In this document: positions 41,425 to 49,717 of the stretch, in pieces | Position numbering within the stretch: position 1 is the first letter of the stretch | How the letters are laid out: every line of letters starts with the position of its first letter | From: Cellulosimicrobium sp. | Lineage (GTDB): Bacteria; Actinomycetota; Actinomycetes; Actinomycetales; Cellulomonadaceae | Direction: 5' to 3' | Assembly: GCA_029256625.1 (NCBI GenBank) | Contig: JAQSXO010000001.1 | Location: forward strand, 481-64,480 | Length of the DNA: 64,000 nucleotides | Notes under the pieces: model-generated | Database searches by the model: none | Told to the model about the DNA's origin: nothing | The model's input: only the letters and a program-made list of their open reading frames with translations | Program-made: the position numbers and the translations under genes

Positions 41425-42405
41425 ATGGCAGACCGCCGACCGCGGCTCAGTTTGATCGTGCCGGCCTACAACGAGCAGGAGAGCGCCGGCGAGATCGTGG
41501 ACTTCTACCGCGAGATCGCGCGGGAGCACCCGTCGCTGGAGATCGAGCTCGTCCTCGTGGACGACGGGTCGGACGACGGGACCGCGGAGTCGGTCCGCGC
41601 GCACCTCACCCCGCAGGACCCGGCCGTGGTCGTGTCGCTCTCGCGCAACTTCGGGTCCCACGCGGCGATCACCGCGGGCCTCTCGGTGTGCACCGGTGAC
41701 GCAGCCCTCACCCTGAGCGCCGACCGGCAGGAGCCGTTGTCGGCCGTCGCCGCCTTCGTGGCCGAGTGGCAGAGCGGGGCCGACGTGGTCTGGGGCCTGC
41801 GTTCCGTGCGCGCCACCCGCAAGGGCGCCTCGGAGACCTTCGCGACGACGTTCTCGCGCGTGTTCAACCGCGCGTCGACCGTGCCCACCTACCCGCAGGA
41901 GGGGCCGTCGCAGATCCTCGTGACCCGCCAGGTCATCGAGGTCCTGGAGCGCATGCCGGAGAACAACCGGAACGTGCTGGCCATGGTCGCGTGGTCCGGC
42001 TTCGAGCAGCGCCGGATCTTCTTCGAGCAGCTGCCGCGCCCGCACGGTGTGAGCAAGTGGACGTCGTCGAAGAAGATCAAGCTCGTCGTGGACTCGTTCG
42101 TCGAGTTCTCCTCCGCCCCGATCCGGTGGGTCACGCTCGCGGGGCTCGGCCTCGGGGCGCTGGGCGGCGTCCTGCTGCTGCTCGCGCTCGTCCTGGCGAT
42201 CGTCCCGGGCGCGAGCGCCGGGCTGTCGCTCGTGTGCGGCCTCGTGCTCGTCGTCGGCGGCGTCAACCTCTTCGGGCTGGGCGTGGTCGGCGAGTACGTG
42301 TGGCGTGCGGGGGACGACGCGCGGCGTCGTCCCGTCTACGTCGCGCGGGACACGTGGCGCACCACGCCGTCCGAGCGACGTCCTGGTCACGACACGGAGG
42401 TGTGA
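41425..42405 (+). CDS. GT2 polyprenyl-phosphate glycosyltransferase (GtrB/ArnC-like)
   Basis: VPAYNE, VDDGSDD, LSRNFGSHAAITAG, SADRQEP, two C-terminal TM helices, GEYVWR..RRP.Y. Confidence 0.85.
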   Translation: MADRRPRLSLIVPAYNEQESAGEIVDFYREIAREHPSLEIELVLVDDGSDDGTAESVRAHLTPQDPAVVVSLSRNFGSHAAITAGLSVCTGDAALTLSADRQEPLSAVAAFVAEWQSGADVVWGLRSVRATRKGASETFATTFSRVFNRASTVPTYPQEGPSQILVTRQVIEVLERMPENNRNVLAMVAWSGFEQRRIFFEQLPRPHGVSKWTSSKKIKLVVDSFVEFSSAPIRWVTLAGLGLGALGGVLLLLALVLAIVPGASAGLSLVCGLVLVVGGVNLFGLGVVGEYVWRAGDDARRRPVYVARDTWRTTPSERRPGHDTEV

Positions 42406-43148
42406 AGGTTCCAGCCGGTGCCGACCGCCACCCCGGGGTCGACGACGCCCCCGGGGCGTACCGGGTAGCGGACGAGCGTGCCGTTCGCCGCGCCGGCCGA
42501 GCGCGCGTACAGCGCGGCGCCGCCGGCTCCGTTGGCGCTCACGATCATGTCGAAGGGTGCCCAGCCGCGGTTGACGACGGTCGCGCTGACGATCGTGCCG
42601 TCCCTCCTCGCCGGGTACATGACGAGCGCCCCGTCGGTGCGCCGCCTGCCGAGGAGATCGGGCACACCGTCGGACGTGAGGTCCCCGATCCCGACGATCG
42701 CGTCGAGGCTGTGCCATCCCGCGTCGACGGTGCGGGGAGGCGAGAGCGCGCCCCCGCCGGCACCCGCGTAGAACTGCAGGGCACCGGTCGTCGCGTTGCG
42801 CCCGTAGACGTCCGGGACGCCGTCGCCGGTGACGTCGCTCGGCAGGACGATCTGGTCGACCGTGTGCCAGCCGGTGCCGACCGCGCGACGTGAGCGAGCA
42901 ACGCCCGTGCGATCCAGCTCGTAGAGCCACAGCACGCCGGTGGCGGCCTCCCGCGCGTACAGGTCGGGGACGCCGTCCCGGGTGACGTCGCCGGGGGAGC
43001 CGATCCAGTCGTGCATGCCCCACCCCGTGCCGACGACGCGCGGCGCCGAGAAGCTCCCGTCGGCACGCCCGGCGTAGAACGAGAGCGTGCCGCGCGTCCC
43101 GTCGCGCCCGAAGGCGTCCGGGATCCCGTCGCCCGTGACGTCGCGCAT
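42387..43148 (-). repeat. Five ~51-aa FG-GAP-like repeats
   Basis: D(V/L)TxDG(I/V)PD four times; units end VGTGW, VGTGW, VDAGW, VNRGW, VGTGW. Confidence 0.75.
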
Positions 43149-44426
43149 GACCCCGCCGGCGGTCTGGGTGGCCCGCGCCGTGCTCCACCAGGTGGAGCGC
43201 AGCCCGGTCGCCGAACGGAACGCGTCGCCGCTCACGGTCGCGCTCCCCGCAGAGCCGTCGACACGCAGGAGCGAGATGCGCCCGCCCCACTCGCCGCGGC
43301 CGTCCCGCCCGAGCACCGTGAGGCGCTGCGGCTGGCCCACCGCCGGGTACGCCGCCGCGACCCGGGAGGCGGCGACGGACTGCGTCCAGCGATGGGCACC
43401 GTTCGGCACGAGCCCGTCGTAGGGATCGGGCTTCGCGACGAGGTAGGGCTGGCTGCCCGCCGCGCTCCAGCCGCCGTTCGACGAGCTGAACTGCGTGAAC
43501 GCGTAGGAGAAGGCCCCGCCCGTGATGAGCACCTGGTTCGCCGTCTCGGCGACCGCCGCCGTCGTCGACGTCGCCTCGTACGACCTGACCAGCCGACCGT
43601 CGAGAGCGTAGAGCGCGACCCCGGGGTACACCTGGCACGCGGTGGTGTCGCACGTGTGGGTCGACCCGGTCGCGAAGTGCCGTTGGTGCGAGGCGTACGT
43701 GCGTGCCGCGACGGCCTGAGCGCGCAGCGCGGCGGGCGGCCAGGACGAGGGCATCTCGGCGGGGAGCACCGAGGGCACGTACTGCTCCATGCGGACCGCG
43801 TTGAACGTGACGACCCCCGAGGCTCCCGACGTGAGGAGACCGAGCCCGCCCCGGTACTCGCGACGCTGGAAGTCGGGCTGGACGAGCCGGAGTCGGCCGG
43901 ACGACGAGAGGAAGGTCGCCGAGGACCCCGGGACGACGCTGTACCGGTGCCACACCGGAGCGCTCGTGTCGACGAAGTCGAGCAGGAGGGACGTGGGGCC
44001 CCGGAAGAGCCTCCAGCTGACGATCCGGTTCCCGGCCGAGGTGGTCGGCAGGGGGAGCGTCCCACCCTGCCAGCGCAGGGCGAGCCCGGGGGCGGCGTCG
44101 ACGGCGAGCTCGTTCGATCGTCCGGTCGTGAGCCGGACGGTGATGTCGGTGTCGGGCTGACCGGTGATCGAGGTGCCGGGGTAGTAGAAGGCGAGGATCT
44201 GGTTGGTTGTCAGCCCGGCCACCGCCGCGCCGTGCGCGCCCCACTGGGACAGTCCTCTGCCGTGCCCGTACCCGTGCCCGACGAACGTGAAGGTCCCCCC
44301 GGGCTCGACCGGGTAGGACTCCTCGGCCTGTGCGGGTGCGGGCAGGAAGACCAGCGAGGCGACGAGCACGAGGCCGAGCGCCGCCCCCCTGCGCCCCCCG
44401 CTCCGTGAGTACGAGCCGCTCCGCAT
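42387..44426 (-). CDS. SpoIID/LytB-domain cell-wall hydrolase with five FG-GAP-like repeats
   Basis: GHGYGHGRGLSQWGA, ILAFYYPG, AEMPSSW..ALRAQAVAARTY, CDTTACQVY, FSSSNGG; signal peptide; 19-bp convergent overlap with the GT2. Confidence 0.85.
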   Translation of the reverse strand: MRSGSYSRSGGRRGAALGLVLVASLVFLPAPAQAEESYPVEPGGTFTFVGHGYGHGRGLSQWGAHGAAVAGLTTNQILAFYYPGTSITGQPDTDITVRLTTGRSNELAVDAAPGLALRWQGGTLPLPTTSAGNRIVSWRLFRGPTSLLLDFVDTSAPVWHRYSVVPGSSATFLSSSGRLRLVQPDFQRREYRGGLGLLTSGASGVVTFNAVRMEQYVPSVLPAEMPSSWPPAALRAQAVAARTYASHQRHFATGSTHTCDTTACQVYPGVALYALDGRLVRSYEATSTTAAVAETANQVLITGGAFSYAFTQFSSSNGGWSAAGSQPYLVAKPDPYDGLVPNGAHRWTQSVAASRVAAAYPAVGQPQRLTVLGRDGRGEWGGRISLLRVDGSAGSATVSGDAFRSATGLRSTWWSTARATQTAGGVMRDVTGDGIPDAFGRDGTRGTLSFYAGRADGSFSAPRVVGTGWGMHDWIGSPGDVTRDGVPDLYAREAATGVLWLYELDRTGVARSRRAVGTGWHTVDQIVLPSDVTGDGVPDVYGRNATTGALQFYAGAGGGALSPPRTVDAGWHSLDAIVGIGDLTSDGVPDLLGRRRTDGALVMYPARRDGTIVSATVVNRGWAPFDMIVSANGAGGAALYARSAGAANGTLVRYPVRPGGVVDPGVAVGTGWNLHTSVS

Positions 44427-44493
44427 GTGCTTCTCCCGTCCGTGGCCGGTGCCATCCCCGGCGTTGTTAGACTGCGACGGACCTAGGAGGAAC

Positions 44494-45633
44494 ATGACAC
44501 GGAACGTCGCACTCGGCCAGCCCACCGTCGGAGAGGAGGAGCTGGCGGCAGTCGCAGACGTCTTCGCCTCAGGGTGGCTCTCGGGAGCCGGTCCCGCCTG
44601 TGTCGCCCTCGAGAGCGACTTCGCCGCGGTGGCCGGCGTGGATCACGTCCTCGCGACGTCGAACTGCGGTTCCGCGCTCCACCTGGCGCTCCTGGCGCTC
44701 GGCTCCGGGCCGGGGGACGAGGTGATCGTCGGCGACTACACGTTCCCCGCGACGGGCCACTCGGTCATGTGGACCGGTGCCCGCCCGGTGTTCGCGGACG
44801 TCCGGCCCGACATCTGGTCGCTCGACCCCGCGGCCGTCGAGGCCGCGATCACGCCGCGTACCGTGGGTATCGTCGCGGTCGACGTCTTCGGCCAGCCCGC
44901 CGACTACGACGAGCTCCGCGCGATCGCCGACAAGCACGGCCTGTGGCTCCTCGAGGACGCCGCGTGCGCCGCCGGGGCCACCTACAAGGGTCGGCCGGCG
45001 GGCAGCCTGGCCGACGCCGCGGCGTTCAGCTTCCACGGGCGCAAGGGCATCACGGCCGGCGAGGGCGGGGCGCTGGTCAGCGCGCGCAAGGACCTCGTCG
45101 ACCACGCGCGCAAGCTGCACACGTACGGCATCTCGCCGGCCATCGTGCGCGACGCCTCCGCCGAGCTCCCCGTGCCGAGCTTCGACGAGCTCGGGTACAA
45201 CTACCGTCTCTCGGACGTGGCCGCCGCGATCATGCGGGTCCAGGTCAAGCGGCTCCCCACCCTCGTCGAGAACCGCGCCAAGGCCGCCGCCGGCTACGCG
45301 CAGCTCCTCGGCGACGTGGAGCAGCTCACGCTGCCGGTCGAGCTCGCGGACCGCACCCACCCCTGGCAGTCGTACGTCCTCACCCTCGCTCCGGAGCTCG
45401 ACCGCGGCGCCGTGGCGATCGCGCTGCGTGCCCAGGGCGTCGGCTGCAACTTCGGTACCTACGCCAGCCACGTCCAGCCGTTGTACGGTGACACGGCGCC
45501 CTGCCCGGTGTCGGCCGACCTGTTCGCCCGTCATGTCGCGATCCCGATGCACGCGAACCTGACCGAGGACGACGTCGAGTACGTCGCGACCGTGGTCCGG
45601 GACGTCGTGTCGAGCGCGGCCGTCCGCCGCTGA
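44494..45633 (+). CDS. Second DegT/DnrJ/EryC1/StrS aminotransferase
   Basis: GPGDEVIV..YTFPAT, EDAACAAG, FSFHGRKGITAGEGG, GYNYRLSD; AGGAGG SD. Confidence 0.9.
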   Translation: MTRNVALGQPTVGEEELAAVADVFASGWLSGAGPACVALESDFAAVAGVDHVLATSNCGSALHLALLALGSGPGDEVIVGDYTFPATGHSVMWTGARPVFADVRPDIWSLDPAAVEAAITPRTVGIVAVDVFGQPADYDELRAIADKHGLWLLEDAACAAGATYKGRPAGSLADAAAFSFHGRKGITAGEGGALVSARKDLVDHARKLHTYGISPAIVRDASAELPVPSFDELGYNYRLSDVAAAIMRVQVKRLPTLVENRAKAAAGYAQLLGDVEQLTLPVELADRTHPWQSYVLTLAPELDRGAVAIALRAQGVGCNFGTYASHVQPLYGDTAPCPVSADLFARHVAIPMHANLTEDDVEYVATVVRDVVSSAAVRR

Positions 45634-45674
45634 GCACCCAGTCACAAGCCGCAACCTCGAGGAGCAGTTCCAGC

Positions 45675-46607
45675 ATGCCTGAATCACGTACCGCGTTCGT
45701 CACGGGCGGCGCCGGCTTCATCGGCCTCCACGTCGTCCGACAGCTCTTGGAGAAGGGCTACTCGGTCCGGATCTTCGACAACATGTTCCGAGGTGACCGT
45801 GACGCCGTGGCGCAGCTCGCCTCGGAGGGCGCGGTCGAGCTCATCGACCAGGACATCCGCTATGGCGGCGCCGTGCACGCCGCCATGAAGGGCGCCACCC
45901 ACGTGGTCCACCTCGCGGCCGTCTCGATCAACAAGAGCCAGGCGGACCCGTACGAGTCGATGGAGATCAACACCATCGGCGAGCACAACGTGTTCGCGGC
46001 CGCCGCGGACCACGGGGTGGAGCGCCTCGTCTTCGCGTCGAGCGCCTCCGTGTACGGAGACCCCAAGAAGCTGCCGATGCACGAGGACGACGAGCTGTCG
46101 CCCCTCACGCCCTACTGCATCTCCAAGCGGACCGGCGAGGACCTGCTCGGCTACTACCAGCGCCGCAGCGGCCTGTCGTGGATCGCCCTGCGCTTCTTCA
46201 ACGTGTACGGCCCGGGCCAGAAGACCACGGCGTACTACACGTCGGTGATCAACCACTTCGTCAACCGCATCCGCAACGGCGAGCCGCCGGTGATCGACGG
46301 CAAGGGCGAGCAGTCGATGGACTTCATCCACGTCCACGACATCGCTCGCTCGGTCGTCCTCGCGATGGAGTCGGAGCAGGCGAACGTCCCCGTCAACGTG
46401 GGGACGGGCATCGACACCACGATCGCGGACCTCGCCCGGATCCTCATCGACGCGGTGGGCGCGGACGTCGAGCCGATCTTCAACCCGCGTGACGTCCTGG
46501 TCAGCCGCCGTGCTGCCGACGTGACGCGCGCGAAGGAGGTGCTCGGGTTCGAGCCGACCATCTCCGTCGAGGACGGCATGGCGGAGCTCATCCGCGTCGG
46601 CGGCTGA
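45675..46607 (+). CDS. NAD-dependent nucleotide-sugar epimerase/dehydratase
   Basis: [26 protein letters not shown] (YxxxK), LRFFNVYGP, DFIHVHD. Confidence 0.9.
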   Translation: MPESRTAFVTGGAGFIGLHVVRQLLEKGYSVRIFDNMFRGDRDAVAQLASEGAVELIDQDIRYGGAVHAAMKGATHVVHLAAVSINKSQADPYESMEINTIGEHNVFAAAADHGVERLVFASSASVYGDPKKLPMHEDDELSPLTPYCISKRTGEDLLGYYQRRSGLSWIALRFFNVYGPGQKTTAYYTSVINHFVNRIRNGEPPVIDGKGEQSMDFIHVHDIARSVVLAMESEQANVPVNVGTGIDTTIADLARILIDAVGADVEPIFNPRDVLVSRRAADVTRAKEVLGFEPTISVEDGMAELIRVGG

Positions 46608-47074
46608 TGCCTCCGCGCGAACCGGGGCGCCTCCCGGCGAACCAGTACCACGAGCTGGCGTGGGTCGTCGGGGACCCCCGGGTCGGTGAGGGCACCTGGA
46701 TCGGGGCGTTCACCGTGATCGACGGCTCGGGCGGCCTGACGATCGGCGCGGGCTGCGACATCTCTTCCGGCGTCCAGATCTACACGCACTCGTCCGCACG
46801 GCGCTGCATCAGCGGCCGGCGCTACGAGCAGGTGGACCGGGCGCCCGTCACCATCGGGGACCGCGTGTTCATCGGCGCGGGCGCGGTGGTGAACATGGGC
46901 GTGACGATCGGAGACGAAGCAGTGATCGGTGCGGGCGCCGTGGTGACACGGGACGTGCCGGCCCGGACGGTGGTCGCGGGGGTCCCGGCGCGGGTCGTCG
47001 CGGACGTCGCGTTCGCCGAGGACGGGACGCCGACGTTCGACGCGCGCGCCGCGTCCGCGGACTCGGACACCTGA
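46607..47074 (+). CDS. Hexapeptide-repeat acyltransferase
   Basis: Beta-helix repeats, IDGSGGLTIG, IYTHS, VTRDVP..VAGVPAR. Confidence 0.85.
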   Translation: MPPREPGRLPANQYHELAWVVGDPRVGEGTWIGAFTVIDGSGGLTIGAGCDISSGVQIYTHSSARRCISGRRYEQVDRAPVTIGDRVFIGAGAVVNMGVTIGDEAVIGAGAVVTRDVPARTVVAGVPARVVADVAFAEDGTPTFDARAASADSDT

Positions 47075-47075
47075 C

Positions 47076-47115
47076 ACGACGGGGCCCTGCAGGCGAACCT
47101 GCAGGGCCCCGTCGT
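47076..47115. terminator. Bidirectional terminator-like hairpin
   Basis: ACGACGGGGCCCTGCAGG-cgaa-CCTGCAGGGCCCCGTCGT, perfect 18-bp stem between convergent genes. Confidence 0.85.
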
Positions 47116-47132
47116 CTGGCGCGGGCCGGGCG

Positions 47133-48107
47133 TCAGACGGTGACGCCGGCGCGCGCCGAGGTGCTCAGCGCGCGGGACACGATGCGGTGGGACGGCAGGA
47201 TCGAGGCCCGCTCCTCCTCGGCGTCCACGCGGCCCTCGACGAGGTCGACGAAGCGGTTCAGCTGCGTGACGAGCGGCTCGGCGCCGACGATCTCCGGGAC
47301 CTCCATCTCGGTCGCCTGGCGGAAGCCCGGCCCGCCGTCGCGCGCCTCCTCGATGGTCGTGTGCCGGTAGGCGGTGACCCCGCGACGCAGCAGGTCGACC
47401 TCGATCATCCGGTCGAGCTCCTGGATCACCAGCGTCCGGACCTTGCGCTGGCCGATCCGGCTCGCCGACACCGTCGCGATGCCGCCCGACTCGAACCGCA
47501 TGGACGTCTCGATGACGTCCTCGGCCCCGGGTGCCGAGGACGGGTTGTAGTGCCCCACCTCGACCGCGAGAGCGGTGGGGTCGGCGTTGCCGAAGAACCG
47601 GCTCACGAGGTCGACGTCGTGGACGAGCAGGTCCCACGCCACGCCGGTCCGGATACGGGGGGCGTAGGGGGAGTGCCGCTCGGCGCGGATGAGGTAGGGC
47701 TGCTCCACCATGGACAGCGCGACCATGACCGCTGCGTTGTAGCGCTCGAGGAGGCCGCACATCACGGGCACGTCGGCGCGCCGGGACGCGTCGAGGATCT
47801 CCTCCGTCTGCTCCAGCGACGGACAGACGGGCTTCTCGACGAGGAGGGGCAGGCCGGCCTCGATCACGTCCTTGGCGATCGTGTAGTGGTGCTCGGTCGA
47901 GGCGGCGACCACGACGGCGTCGACGCCGTCGAGCGCGTCCAGGTCGGCCGCCCAGCGCGCACCGTGGCGGTCCGCCACGGCGCGGCCCGCCTGCTCGCTC
48001 GGGTCGACGACGAGCGCGAGCTCGGCAGCCGGCGACCCGGCGATCACCCGTGCGTGGTTCTGTCCCATCGAGCCGGCGCCGACGAGTGCGATGCGTGGAG
48101 TTGCCAT
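47133..48107 (-). CDS. Gfo/Idh/MocA oxidoreductase, probable sugar 3-dehydrogenase (WbpB/GnnA-like)
   Basis: IALVGAGSMG..HAR, VEKP, ERYN, DLLVHDVD; start moved to MATPR. Confidence 0.85.
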   Translation of the reverse strand: MATPRIALVGAGSMGQNHARVIAGSPAAELALVVDPSEQAGRAVADRHGARWAADLDALDGVDAVVVAASTEHHYTIAKDVIEAGLPLLVEKPVCPSLEQTEEILDASRRADVPVMCGLLERYNAAVMVALSMVEQPYLIRAERHSPYAPRIRTGVAWDLLVHDVDLVSRFFGNADPTALAVEVGHYNPSSAPGAEDVIETSMRFESGGIATVSASRIGQRKVRTLVIQELDRMIEVDLLRRGVTAYRHTTIEEARDGGPGFRQATEMEVPEIVGAEPLVTQLNRFVDLVEGRVDAEEERASILPSHRIVSRALSTSARAGVTV

Positions 48108-48495
48108 CTGGCCTGGACCTTCCGTTGTGCGGTGGCGACCGCCGCGACGTCCCCGGCGGTCCGTGGGGCGGGGAGGGAAGCGGCTCGACGACCCGGGCCA
48201 CGCGCGGCGGACGGCCCTCCGAGGCCGTCGTGGCGCGCGCTCCCCCCTGTCTCGGGGGACCCCGGGAGCATACGAACGGCCTACCTTCCACGGTGACTGT
48301 GCGACCACGGACGACCACGAGCGCCCGACCGCGGTTCGTCCGTGACCTCGCCGAGACCCTGGTTAGAATCGGCGGGTCAGTTGTCGTCGCCCCATCCTAG
48401 TCACGTCATCGTGCGCGTGGCCGCCCGTCGCCGGGCGAGCGGGCCGACTCGTGAGCCGCCGCGTAGCGCACCGTGCGCCGCCGAGAAGGAGCCCA

Positions 48496-48615
48496 GTGGT
48501 CCGGGAACCCGCCACGCCGTCGTCGTCCGTCGCGCTCGGAGGTCGAGACCCGTCCGGATGGGCGAGCCGGCCCCGGAGCCGTAGGCGGCCTCGGACCGGA
48601 GGGGGAGCCGCGTGA
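48496..48615 (+). CDS. Possible 39-aa small ORF or gene remnant coupled to the downstream gene
   Basis: GAGAAGGA SD 5 nt before GTG; MVREPATPSSSVALGGRDPSGWASRPRSRRRPRTGGGAA; its stop overlaps the next start (GTGA). Confidence 0.3.
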   Translation: MVREPATPSSSVALGGRDPSGWASRPRSRRRPRTGGGAA

Positions 48616-49646
48616 GCGACGAGACAGGACGCGCTGTGACGGGAGCGCCCGCCGAGGCCGACGAGACGTCCCCCGTCCCCGCCCCGGCGAAGGGGCGGCG
48701 AGAGCTGCTCCTCAACGTCGCGCGCTACCTGCTGCTGGCGGTCGTCGTCGTCGCGGCGCTGGCCTATCTCTGGACCAACTGGGACGAGGTCGCGCCACGG
48801 CTCGCCGAGATCTCGCCGTGGACGCTCGCCCTGTCGCTGGTGGCCGTCGTCGTCGGGATCGGGTGCGCGACGATGAGCTGGCAGGTGCTCGTCGACGACC
48901 TGGGCAAGCCGATCGGCGCGGGTCGCGGCGCGCAGGTCTTCCTCGTCGGTCAGCTCGGCAAGTACCTTCCCGGGTCGGTGTGGGCCTACGTCCTGCAGCT
49001 CGAGCTGGGGCGCAAGGCGGGCCTCGCTCGGGCGCGGGTGTTCGCCGCCACGGTGTTCTCGATCGCGGTGGCCATCGTCGCGGCGCTCCTGGCGGGTGCC
49101 CTGGCCGTGCCGGAGATCGTCGAGGACCGACCGGACCTCTCGTGGCTGTACTGGTTCTACCTCGCGCTGCCCGTCGCGCTCGTGTGCCTCCACCCGCGGA
49201 TCCTCACCGCCGCGGCACGGTTCGGCTTCAAGGTGCTCCGCCGTCCGCGGCCGGACCACCCGGTCTCCTACCGCACCGTCCTGACGTCGCTCGGCTGGGC
49301 GCTCGCGTCCTACCTGAGCAACGGCGCCCACCTGTGGCTGCTGGCGCGGAGCGGCGCCGCGGACCTCGGGTTCCGGGCCTGGCTCCTGTGCGCGGGGGCG
49401 ATGGCGATCGCCATGCTGGCCGGGCTCGTCGCGTTCGTCCTGCCGTCCGGTGCCGGAGTCCGGGAGGTCGTCATCGTCGCCGCGCTGTCACCGTTCGTCG
49501 GCGTCCCCGCCGCGGTGGCGTACGCGACGGTCTCGCGACTCCTCTTCACCGTCGCCGACCTCGCCACGGCCGGCGGCGCCGCGCTGCTCGCCGTGTGGGC
49601 CAAGCGGAGACTCGGCCACTATCACGGTGACCCGGGCATCGACTGA
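48612..49646 (+). CDS. Lysylphosphatidylglycerol-synthase TM domain (YbhN/UPF0104) flippase-like membrane protein
   Basis: About 8 TM segments, GQLGKYLPGSVW, PSGAGVRE, SRLLFT. Confidence 0.8.
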   Translation: MSDETGRAVTGAPAEADETSPVPAPAKGRRELLLNVARYLLLAVVVVAALAYLWTNWDEVAPRLAEISPWTLALSLVAVVVGIGCATMSWQVLVDDLGKPIGAGRGAQVFLVGQLGKYLPGSVWAYVLQLELGRKAGLARARVFAATVFSIAVAIVAALLAGALAVPEIVEDRPDLSWLYWFYLALPVALVCLHPRILTAAARFGFKVLRRPRPDHPVSYRTVLTSLGWALASYLSNGAHLWLLARSGAADLGFRAWLLCAGAMAIAMLAGLVAFVLPSGAGVREVVIVAALSPFVGVPAAVAYATVSRLLFTVADLATAGGAALLAVWAKRRLGHYHGDPGID

Positions 49647-49717
49647 GACTTCCTCCTACACTGGCCGGGGGCCGCGTCGAGGAAGTCGGGCCCCCGGCGC
49701 GAGGAGGGGGTACAGCG

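Noticed and set aside
41700-41740. DxD motif reads SAD in the GtrB-like GT2, suggesting inactivation
   Set aside because: xADxQ(D/E)P variants occur in this family and all other motifs are intact
41197-44244. 1015-aa minus-strand ORF and many similar long alternative-frame ORFs (e.g. 157-2076, 33373-36066, 22369-24831)
   Set aside because: They overlap well-supported genes in another frame or strand and show no recognisable domains
37003-47115. Long inverted repeats at 37003 and 47076 as possible MITE or IS ends
   Set aside because: Each is a single hairpin between convergent genes, with no transposase or target duplication; best explained as terminators
44494-48107. Aminotransferase, dehydrogenase and acyltransferase as an aminoglycoside or other secondary-metabolite cluster
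   Set aside because: No scaffold synthase, resistance gene or regulator; the context is cell-wall glycosylation
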